A stretch of 32,000 nucleotides of DNA from positions 60,001 through 92,000 of the forward strand of contig CAZETV010000002.1 of assembly GCA_964514965.1 (NCBI GenBank). Direction: 5' to 3'. Under the pieces are notes generated by a model. That model saw only the letters and a list, made by a program, of their open reading frames with translations. It had not been told where the DNA came from and did no database searches. The DNA comes from Candidatus Hadarchaeota archaeon. GTDB taxonomy: Archaea; Hadarchaeota; Hadarchaeia; Hadarchaeales; Hadarchaeaceae. A program made the position numbers and the translations under genes. Shown one piece after another: positions 24,547 to 32,000 of the stretch. Positions within the stretch are counted from its first letter, which is position 1, and each line of letters starts with the position of its first letter.

Positions 24547-26460
24547 ATGTCTGCAAGCGCCATAATCCAAGAGATAATTCTAGAAAATTTCATGAGTTAC
24601 GAATATTCTAGAATCCCATTCAATCCGGGGCTCAACCTAGTTTGCGGTCCAAACGGCGCTGGAAAGTCATCAATTCTGCTCGCTCTAGCTGTGGCCCTTG
24701 GGCAGACCTACACCGAGCGCTCCCGTAAGCTCAGCGACCTCATCCGCCGGGGTAAGAATCTGGGACGAGTGAGCGTGGTGTTCGACAATTCCCCCCACAA
24801 TGGAAGGAGGCCCATCCCGAGCGTGAACTCTGATAGTCTAGTCCTTTCGCGCTATCTGAACCGCGACGGAACCTACTGGCATGAGGCCAATAACCGCACG
24901 ATAACGAAGGGCGAGGTGCTGCGGCTGCTCGGGCGGCTCTCGATAAACCCCGACAACATGCTCATCATCATGCACCAGAACATGATTGATGTGCTCGGGG
25001 CGATAGATGCACACGAGCGGCTAAAAATCATCGAGGAAGCGGTCGGGCTGCGCGAGTACCGGGAGCATATCCTCGAGGCGCGTGAGAAGCTTTCGCACAC
25101 CTTGAGCGAGGAGGAGTCGATTCGCAGCCTGCTCGAGAAAGCTCAAGAAACGTTGCGCTACTGGGAGGGCGAGTACGGGAGATTTCAGCGGAAGCAAGAG
25201 CTCGGAGAGCGGAAGCAGGAGCTAGAGCTGGAATACGCTTGGGCGAAATGTATCCGGCAGGAAGAGGCGGTCGGCAACCTTCAATCTAAACTCGACGGGC
25301 TAAAGTCAGAGCTGAGTGAGATCGAGGGCGAGCTGGAGCAAAACTCGAAACGTGGCGGGGAGCTTGAAAAAAAGTTGGGGGAACTTGGGTTTGAACTCGA
25401 TGCTGCCTATCAAAAGCTCATCACCCAAGAACGGGCACAAGCCGAAGCGGGGGCACGCGCCAAGCTCATTGAGAGTTTCAACACATCCATACGCTCGGTG
25501 GCCGAAGTTGGCTTGAGTGAATTGCTCGCACACCTCGAGGTCGAACTGGGGCGGGCGAAAGAAACCCTTAAAGAAGCCGGCGAGCGGGCGAATGAGGTGA
25601 AATCTGAACTCGTCAGGGGCAAGGGCGAACTCGAGAAAACCCAAGAAACTTACGTTAACTCCCGTATCCACACCGCCGTGCTGGGGTTCCGCCGCGAACT
25701 CCTAGAACGTGACATCTCAAGCGCTCAGTCCGAACTCAGGCGAGCACGCCGCGAGCTGGAACAACTGGAGAATGATGCCCAGCAATTGGGGACGCGGGTC
25801 GAGACCGAAAGAAAGCCCCAGGAAGTGCTCGATGAACTCAAACTCACCAACATCCAACTAGCCAGCTTAGCTGATGTCTCACCCGATGTCGAGAGGATGT
25901 ATCTAAACTACAAGGGTACACTCAAGGAACTCGAGGCAAAGGCCGAGGTAGCTGCAGCCAACCGTAAGCGGGCGCTCGATGAGCTGGAACTCAGAAAGCA
26001 GCGCTGGACCGATGAAACAAACAACCTTATACGTCAAGTTAAGGTGAACTACATCGAAATCCTGAAGCGAGTTAACGCGAGCGGTGATGTGATTCTGACG
26101 AACGCTCAAGATATCGACGAAGCAGGGATAGAGCTGTTCGTTGGTTTCAGGGGGTCCGAACCTCAGGTGCTGAACGCCTACACACAGAGCGGAGGGGAAC
26201 GAACGACTTCCCTAATGTGTTTTCTGCTGGCGCTGCAGCAACAAATTCAATCCCCCATCCGTGCAATCGACGAGTTTGAAGCCCATCTGGACCCACACAA
26301 TCGGGAGGCAATCCTGCAGGGGATTATAGAGTTCATGAAGGGCGGGGAGACGCAGTACATCGTGATCACCCCCGGACAGCTTTTCAACGTGAAAGGGATA
26401 CCAAACGTGATCACCGTTCAAAACATCGCGGGCTCATCTCAGGTGAAGGTGGCTGCTTGA
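24547..26460 (+). CDS. Compact SMC-family ATPase with Smc5-like features
   Basis: IIQEIILENFMSYEYSRIPFNPGLNLVCGPNGAGKSSILLALAVALG; SINPDNMLIIMHQNMIDVL; IEEAVGLREYREHILEA; coiled coil; IELFVGFRGSEPQVLNAYTQSGGERTTSLMCFLLALQ; PIRAIDEFEAHLDPHNRE. Confidence 0.88.
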   Translation: MSASAIIQEIILENFMSYEYSRIPFNPGLNLVCGPNGAGKSSILLALAVALGQTYTERSRKLSDLIRRGKNLGRVSVVFDNSPHNGRRPIPSVNSDSLVLSRYLNRDGTYWHEANNRTITKGEVLRLLGRLSINPDNMLIIMHQNMIDVLGAIDAHERLKIIEEAVGLREYREHILEAREKLSHTLSEEESIRSLLEKAQETLRYWEGEYGRFQRKQELGERKQELELEYAWAKCIRQEEAVGNLQSKLDGLKSELSEIEGELEQNSKRGGELEKKLGELGFELDAAYQKLITQERAQAEAGARAKLIESFNTSIRSVAEVGLSELLAHLEVELGRAKETLKEAGERANEVKSELVRGKGELEKTQETYVNSRIHTAVLGFRRELLERDISSAQSELRRARRELEQLENDAQQLGTRVETERKPQEVLDELKLTNIQLASLADVSPDVERMYLNYKGTLKELEAKAEVAAANRKRALDELELRKQRWTDETNNLIRQVKVNYIEILKRVNASGDVILTNAQDIDEAGIELFVGFRGSEPQVLNAYTQSGGERTTSLMCFLLALQQQIQSPIRAIDEFEAHLDPHNREAILQGIIEFMKGGETQYIVITPGQLFNVKGIPNVITVQNIAGSSQVKVAA

Positions 26461-26461
26461 A

Positions 26462-27253
26462 ATGCCGGGCGAACGCAAAGAACTGATGTTACGGATAATC
26501 GACCTCTGCGACACTGTGCGAAAGCGAGGAGTCGACCCCTTCGACGTTGAGGTTCGAGAGTTTTTTGACCGACTGCGGGAACTCCTCCCAAATCTGAAAA
26601 AGAATGAGGACCTTTATCTTGACATCCAAGCGGTGCTCGGGCTTGCCGATGTGGTGTTCCAGCAGGGCGAGTGGATCAAGCACAAGTCGTCGATGCTCTA
26701 CCTCGATCCCCTGCTGATTATGCTCAAGCTTCATGCCCTCCCGGCGCGAGAGCTTGCCGATGTCTTCGCGCGTTCATGGCACCCCATTGTGCAGATGGAG
26801 ACACTCTCGCCCCACGGCATTTCCGAGGCCAAGCAGTACTGGACTAATCTACCGAGCCTTGAAGAACGCTGGCGTGGGCTCGACACGACTGAGGTGTTTA
26901 CTGGGGAGATAGCCCGCCGAGAGCTCGTTCGCATGGGCATCCTTTCAGAGGAAGACTTCGCGGCGGTGCTTGATCAGACTTGGCGCGAGCTCAAGGAAGC
27001 GGTGGGGGAGCGGGGCGAAATCTCTTACTGGGATTTCATCCACAACCAGAGCTTCGAGGAAACCGTCAGGCGGGCATGGCTCGTGAGCTTCTTGGTGAGC
27101 TATGGCTACGCCACTCTCGAACTCAAGCCCCTTGAGGAGGAAATTTTGCTGAGACCGTTGCCCAAACCGCGAGAACTCGAACGTGTCACAACCTTCTCTG
27201 TCCCTATCGCTATTTCCCGTGACGAGTGGCTCAGGAGGCTAAAGGGTGGCTGA
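26462..27253 (+). CDS. Putative kleisin (ScpA/Nse4-like)
   Basis: RGVDPFDVEVREFFDRLREL..., LADVVFQQGEWIKHKSSMLYLDP (compare ScpA AAxLlxxKSrmLLP), and a C-terminal winged-helix-like segment AWLVSFLVSYGYATLELKPLEEEILL. Starts 1 nt after the SMC stop. Confidence 0.65.
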   Translation: MPGERKELMLRIIDLCDTVRKRGVDPFDVEVREFFDRLRELLPNLKKNEDLYLDIQAVLGLADVVFQQGEWIKHKSSMLYLDPLLIMLKLHALPARELADVFARSWHPIVQMETLSPHGISEAKQYWTNLPSLEERWRGLDTTEVFTGEIARRELVRMGILSEEDFAAVLDQTWRELKEAVGERGEISYWDFIHNQSFEETVRRAWLVSFLVSYGYATLELKPLEEEILLRPLPKPRELERVTTFSVPIAISRDEWLRRLKGG

Positions 27254-27857
27254 GGAACCAGATGTCGCCGAGCTACGGGAAAAGCTGGCGCGGGCTGCAC
27301 AGCTCCTGCTCTACAAGCACCACATGCAACCGGGAGCCAAGGAATGGGAGCTCAGGCGCACTCTGGGCAGGGACTACGAGCAGATTCTGAAGCTTCTCGA
27401 CGCCGAATTCGATAAACTGGGGCTAAAAGTAAAGCGAGTGAGCGAGGGCGAGACCAGCTCGGAATCGGACAGATATTATGTCACGCTCCGAGGGCATCCG
27501 AGAGTGACCGAGACCCGAACCTTCGGGTGGCGGATTGATGACATGGCAATGCTCACCGTCGCGCTCGCCCACATCCTATCAAAACAGGGAAAAGCCCCCC
27601 TCAAAGAGGTCGAGCGAATGTTGGAGGAAAAATTCCCGCGCTGGCGCATCGAGTCGACTTTAGACCGGTTCATCCGGCGGGGCTACCTGTCGGAGGATGA
27701 TGAAGGGTTGCTCTACGTGGGGTGGCGCGCTCGGGCGGAAATCGACCAGCGAACTCTGCTCGGGTTGTTGTTGGGGAAAGAAGAGAAGCCTAACGAAGCT
27801 GAGGCCGAGCCGAAAGTCGAAACCAAGAAAGTAGAAGAAACTAAAGGAGATAGCTAA
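27246..27857 (+). CDS. Putative kite protein (ScpB / Nse3-MAGE-like tandem winged helix)
   Basis: Winged-helix-like DDMAMLTVALAHILSKQGKAPLKEVERMLEEKFPRWRIESTLDRFIRRGYLSEDDEGLLYVGWRARAEID. Overlaps the kleisin 3' end by 8 nt. Confidence 0.5.
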   Translation: MAEEPDVAELREKLARAAQLLLYKHHMQPGAKEWELRRTLGRDYEQILKLLDAEFDKLGLKVKRVSEGETSSESDRYYVTLRGHPRVTETRTFGWRIDDMAMLTVALAHILSKQGKAPLKEVERMLEEKFPRWRIESTLDRFIRRGYLSEDDEGLLYVGWRARAEIDQRTLLGLLLGKEEKPNEAEAEPKVETKKVEETKGDS

Positions 27858-27902
27858 ATTTTTATCGTTTCAAAACGATTTACTTACAGTAGGAGACAAA
27901 TT

Positions 27903-28184
27903 ATGAAGCAAAAATGTGAAGATTGGGAAGGCGAAATGCCGCCCGGATTGGCTCCGAGGACCGCAGTTACAATTATGGTAGGCATCGGCTGGCTGATATT
28001 CCTCATATTATTCTTGGCATTTTACGCAGGAGGATTTAACATCTGGCAGAACATAGCAATCATGCTCGTGTCAATTCTCGTTGTGTGCGCGATACTCGGT
28101 CCGATGTGGGCTTATTGGGGAATTAAAACTGGCCGCGCTGCAGTTCGGAAGAGGAGAACGAGAAAGAGAAGAGTAAGGAAATAG
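27903..28184 (+). CDS. Small two-TM protein with strongly basic C-terminus
   Basis: 93 aa: TVTIMVGIGWLIFLILFLAFYAG-type TMs and the tail KTGRAAVRKRRTRKRRVRK. Confidence 0.5.
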   Translation: MKQKCEDWEGEMPPGLAPRTAVTIMVGIGWLIFLILFLAFYAGGFNIWQNIAIMLVSILVVCAILGPMWAYWGIKTGRAAVRKRRTRKRRVRK

Positions 28185-28206
28185 CTCCACTTTATCTCGA
28201 CAACAC

Positions 28207-31083
28207 TTACGCCAACCTGAATCGCCTGAACAAAGCTTCCCGCTCTTTTCGAAGCAGGAGCTCGAAAAATTTGCTTGACATCTTCTGCTCCTTTGCTAAT
28301 ATCTCCCCCGCGGCCGCTTGTGTGATTCCCTTACCAGCCAATGTTACAGCCGCGAGCTTTCCATATTGGCCGATAAGTTTAGCACTCCCCTGCAGTTCTT
28401 TCCAAGTCGGACTTTTCCTCCCTCGCTCCAAGAGTTCGATCGCCCGCCGGACCTCTTCAGCCGGCTTTTCGACCATCCCCAGCATCGTCGACCCACAGCG
28501 CGGACACTTCGGTTTTTCATCGAGTTCGTGGAGCTGGAGTTCCTTGACATGATCCTTGCATTGAGTGCACGCGAAGGTGCGGGCCTCGCTGAGCAGCCGC
28601 GCTTTGGTCGAGGCTATCGCCAGCAGCCTGAGGCGCTCGGGCATCATCGGCTCAAGAGCTAGGTAGCGCTTGCGCCACAACGCCAAGTTGGACACGGGGG
28701 TTGGCTCTTCCCGCTCCCCCAACGAGACCAGTTCTATTTCACCACTTCGAATACTTTCGAGCACCTCGAGCGTGCGCTTCAGATCGAGGTCCTTGCGCAC
28801 GACTTCCTTGAATGTTTCTTCAAATGCTGGCGTTCCTTTGAGGCCGCGCATTAGCTTATCGAGGGTCACGCTTGTGAGCTCTGCCTCGCGCTCGAGTACG
28901 CCCATCCGCCGGGCTATCTGCGCAAGGCGCCACCGGAAGAACCGGCTCTCCTCGATTATCACGCGGAGGTCCTTCTTGAGGTCCGTGCTGAACCCGCCGC
29001 GCAATATCTCGATCACACCTTTTGGCTCGAGTGTCTCCGAGTGGAGCAGGATCCGGTAGGGGTCAATTGAGGTTGCGGTTGTCTCCCCGAGCTCGGTCGA
29101 GGCCTTGTAGGCGAGCAGCCGGGCAAGCGTTCGGTTGACAAGTGTTCCAAAGCAAGCGTTGACGATACAGAGCTCCTTAACTTTTTCTACAGTTACCCGC
29201 CGATCCGTGGGCACGGGCAACACAGCTTTGACCTGCTTGTGGGTGTCGGAGATGGCGGGTTCCATCGTGTCACGCGAAACGCCGTACCGCCCCGCAAGCT
29301 CTCGGACGATTTCATCAAATTCTTTGCCTGCACGTGAAAACTCCTCAAGTTGGGCCCGGAGCTTGCCGGCCTCCTGCGCGACTGAGTAGGGCACAGGGAT
29401 TTCTTCGCCTATCCAAGTCGGAATCGCCCCGAGAGGGTCGTTGTCGGGCTTCACGTAGACTTTGTCCTTGAAGACCTGGAGCACCCGCCAGATCTCACCT
29501 CCTATCACAAATTTTACCCCGGGTTCGCCATACTCCGCAACGAAAGACTCGTCCAAAATCCCGACTGGCTGGTTACGCTCGTCGTTGATTACGAGGTACT
29601 GCCGGACTTCAGGAATCATCGAGAGGTTTCCGAAATAATAGTTGAAAACCCGTTCCGTCGCTCGCGGGCGTGCAAACTCTTTCCCATCCTCGGAGACCAG
29701 CGCTAACCGCTTTTCTAAACTCTGCGCGAACTGGAGCACCTCGAGCAAGTCCTCCCGCTTGAGGTTCCTGAACGGGTAAGCGCGCCGGAAAATTTCGTAA
29801 ACATCATCAACGCTTACTCTCCGCTGTACCACCATGATCGAAACCAGCGCATGGAGAAGCACGTCGAGGGGCTTCTCGGGAACGATAACGGGCTCAAGCT
29901 CTTGCCGATGAGACCGGTCGGCTATCACGATTGACTCGAGTGCGTCTTCCGGGTCTTGAACCATGATTACCCCTTTGGCCACCCCGCCTATCCTGTGGCC
30001 GCTCCGCCCGACTCGCTGGAGCAAGCGAGTGGCCTGGCGAGGAGAATTGTACTGGATAACTAGGTCTATTCGCCCGATGTCCAACCCTAGCTCCATGCTC
30101 GAAGTGCAGACGATCCCTTTGAGCTCACCCTGTTTCAGCCCTCGCTCGGACCGGAGCCTCGAGAAGCCCGACAGTGACCCATGGTGGACGCTGAGAGGAA
30201 AACGAATATCCCAGAGGCGGAAGCGACTCGCCAAGATTTCAGCGGTTGCGCGTGTGTTGGTGAAGACGAGCGTGGAACCGTGCTCTTCGATTAACTTTCG
30301 CATCGTGCGTAAACGGGCAGCAACTGGAGAGTAAGTGTAGAGTTCTGATGCCAGCCGTTCGTCGCGCTTGGTCGCTGCGGGGTAGAGGATATCCAGTTCC
30401 AACTCACGAACGACGCTAACATCTACAACCTCGCATGATCTATCCACACCTGCCAGAAATCTGGCGACCTCCTGCGGGGAACCAATTGTGGCGGAAAGCC
30501 CGATGAGCTGGAATTCTCCACCTTTGAGCTTGCGCAGCCTTTCGAGTGTGAGGGCAAGCTGTACCCCGCGCTTGTTGTCAGCCAGCTCGTGGACCTCGTC
30601 AATAATCACCCACCGCACGCTTCGCAGGTGCTGACTCAGTCTCCGGCCCATCAGGAATATCTGAAGGGTCTCAGGAGTGGTGATCAAAACATCTGGTGGG
30701 ATTAATGCCTGTGCTCGCCGCTCACGCGCCGCCGTGTCCCCGTGACGGACTGATATCCGTAGGTCGAGAGCACGACACCACCACTCCAGCCGCTCAAGCA
30801 TGTCACGGTTGAGGGCCCGAAGTGGAGTGATGTAGATTACCTTTATCCCACGTTCGCGCGTCTGTGATACCAAGAGTTGGTGTAGCACCGGTAAGAAAGA
30901 GGCTTCCGTCTTTCCCGTACCCGCTGGAGCAATCAGCAGAACATTTTTGCCTTCAAGGATTTTGGGAATTGCTCTGCTTTGTGGGTGGGTAGGCTCGGTG
31001 AATCCCCGCTCGGCCAGCAACTTTCGGATTGGTCTGGCCAGTGAATCAAACACGTTGGATTCGTCCGACGTTTTAAACCCCAT
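28207..31083 (-). CDS. Lhr-family DEAD/DEAH-box helicase
   Basis: 958 aa: LLIAPAGTGKTEASFLPVL, WVIIDEVHELADNKRG, IGLSATIGSP, STLVFTNTRATAE, QRVGRSGHRIGG, and a Cys4 zinc site (TFACTQCKDH...CPRCGS). Confidence 0.9.
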   Translation of the reverse strand: MGFKTSDESNVFDSLARPIRKLLAERGFTEPTHPQSRAIPKILEGKNVLLIAPAGTGKTEASFLPVLHQLLVSQTRERGIKVIYITPLRALNRDMLERLEWWCRALDLRISVRHGDTAARERRAQALIPPDVLITTPETLQIFLMGRRLSQHLRSVRWVIIDEVHELADNKRGVQLALTLERLRKLKGGEFQLIGLSATIGSPQEVARFLAGVDRSCEVVDVSVVRELELDILYPAATKRDERLASELYTYSPVAARLRTMRKLIEEHGSTLVFTNTRATAEILASRFRLWDIRFPLSVHHGSLSGFSRLRSERGLKQGELKGIVCTSSMELGLDIGRIDLVIQYNSPRQATRLLQRVGRSGHRIGGVAKGVIMVQDPEDALESIVIADRSHRQELEPVIVPEKPLDVLLHALVSIMVVQRRVSVDDVYEIFRRAYPFRNLKREDLLEVLQFAQSLEKRLALVSEDGKEFARPRATERVFNYYFGNLSMIPEVRQYLVINDERNQPVGILDESFVAEYGEPGVKFVIGGEIWRVLQVFKDKVYVKPDNDPLGAIPTWIGEEIPVPYSVAQEAGKLRAQLEEFSRAGKEFDEIVRELAGRYGVSRDTMEPAISDTHKQVKAVLPVPTDRRVTVEKVKELCIVNACFGTLVNRTLARLLAYKASTELGETTATSIDPYRILLHSETLEPKGVIEILRGGFSTDLKKDLRVIIEESRFFRWRLAQIARRMGVLEREAELTSVTLDKLMRGLKGTPAFEETFKEVVRKDLDLKRTLEVLESIRSGEIELVSLGEREEPTPVSNLALWRKRYLALEPMMPERLRLLAIASTKARLLSEARTFACTQCKDHVKELQLHELDEKPKCPRCGSTMLGMVEKPAEEVRRAIELLERGRKSPTWKELQGSAKLIGQYGKLAAVTLAGKGITQAAAGEILAKEQKMSSKFFELLLRKEREALFRRFRLA

Positions 31084-31161
31084 GAACTTTTAGTCGGCTT
31101 TACTTATCAGTCTTGATTGCCAAATGGTGGTTTCACCCGTATGTGAATCGGGTCTTTAAAC

Positions 31162-31623
31162 CTAGCGGTAAGCGGCGCCCAGGTCCAACTTCCGGCGCAG
31201 CTCATCGAGTTTCAATTTCAGTTCAATATCTATCTTTCGCTGCTTCCCCGGGAGGAGACCTCTTAGATGCTCGGTCGACTCCTGATAGCGACCCATGCCC
31301 GCCGCGACAATCGCCCGATTCCTGAACTTGGGGTGAGAAGAAATCAGCCCGAAAGGCATTGGCAACCCTTCCTCCATGAGCTCGCGAATTTCATCGTCCA
31401 CCTTCCGAGCGGCCACCCGCGCCCCAGCACCGACCATCTCGTAAGGACTTTTTAACTCGCCCTTGATCTGCCAGATACCCACATCTGGGCCGTAAAAGAA
31501 GAGGTCTCTGTAGCCGTAATCATCACCACCAGTTAAAACCCGCCACTTGTTTTGAAGCTTGGGGAACTGCCTGTAGCGCTTGCGCATTTCCTCCATAATC
31601 TTCGATAGTGAACTAACATCCAC
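31162..31623 (-). CDS. Hypothetical protein
   Basis: GTG start at 31623 proposed because the listed start (31689) would overlap the acylphosphatase gene by about 60 nt. Core RVLTGGDDYGYRDLFFYGPDVGIWQIKGELKSPYEMVG. Confidence 0.5.
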   Translation of the reverse strand: MDVSSLSKIMEEMRKRYRQFPKLQNKWRVLTGGDDYGYRDLFFYGPDVGIWQIKGELKSPYEMVGAGARVAARKVDDEIRELMEEGLPMPFGLISSHPKFRNRAIVAAGMGRYQESTEHLRGLLPGKQRKIDIELKLKLDELRRKLDLGAAYR

Positions 31624-31627
31624 GTTA

Positions 31628-31906
31628 TCACCAGTATCGCACCTTGAAGTCTGAAAACCCGCCACGATAATTTTCCCATTCGACATCAACTTTGCTGACC
31701 GTGGCTCCAGAAGGACCGTGATTGCAAAAGTTCAGCACTCGCTCCACCGCATCCTTTTCGCCCTCGAACACCGCTTCGACTCGACCATCGTGTGTGTTTC
31801 TAACCCAACCGTGAACACCGAGTTGCTGCGCCAATTCTCGAGTGTAATATCTGAAAGAAACGCCCTGAACCATTCCAGATATCAGCACGTGGGCCCTCGC
31901 TTTCAT
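31628..31906 (-). CDS. acyP: Acylphosphatase
   Basis: VLISGMVQGVSFRYYTRELAQQLGVHGWVRNTHDGRVEAVFEGEKDAVERVLNFCNHGPSGATVSKVDV is the full acylphosphatase signature. Confidence 0.93.
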   Translation of the reverse strand: MKARAHVLISGMVQGVSFRYYTRELAQQLGVHGWVRNTHDGRVEAVFEGEKDAVERVLNFCNHGPSGATVSKVDVEWENYRGGFSDFKVRYW

Positions 31907-32000
31907 TAAAATCCCATTTCAATTATGTGCGGCCTAACAAAAAATTGTTGCTCAAGAGGTAAACTTCATCTGCGCCAATTGATTTTCGATTTCCTACCTC

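Noticed and set aside
25306-25671. 121-aa minus-strand ORF inside the SMC gene
   Set aside because: Antisense of coiled-coil coding sequence; no independent support.
28207-31083. Large helicase as part of a defence system (e.g. BREX/DISARM-like)
   Set aside because: Motifs and the Cys4 C-terminal region fit the common archaeal Lhr housekeeping family, with no defence partners adjacent.
1-32000. tRNA, rRNA or other structural RNA genes
   Set aside because: No tRNA-like cloverleaf or rRNA-like sequence was recognised in the intergenic regions on visual reading; a tRNAscan-SE/Infernal run would be needed to confirm absence.

Overview
The window is archaeal chromosome: deoxyhypusine synthase, NucS, an Lhr-type helicase and TATA-like promoters all point that way. 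Most of it is GC-rich housekeeping sequence. Three loci stand out. (1) An AT-rich island at about 12.35-18.35 kb carries a compact minus-strand operon. It encodes a PLD-nuclease/SF2-helicase fusion, an unannotated 56-aa protein, a DndD-like SMC/RecN-type ATPase split by a -1 frame break in an A6 run, and a Dnd-associated-protein-4-like protein. No sulfur-modification genes (dndA/B/C/E) are visible in the window. A radical SAM gene abuts this operon convergently. (2) A tightly coupled SMC - kleisin - kite (Nse3/ScpB-like) operon lies at 24.5-27.9 kb. Its SMC is unusually short, with Smc5-like C-terminal motifs. (3) A heliorhodopsin gene lies at 22.75-23.6 kb. Smaller points include an RHH/RelE toxin-antitoxin pair bracketed by a duplicated gene start, a candidate operator palindrome, a tiny Gly/Lys-rich peptide gene missed by the ORF track, an orphan PqqD-like protein and a Cas4-like nuclease without CRISPR. 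All family names come from motif recognition in the translations; no database search was run.
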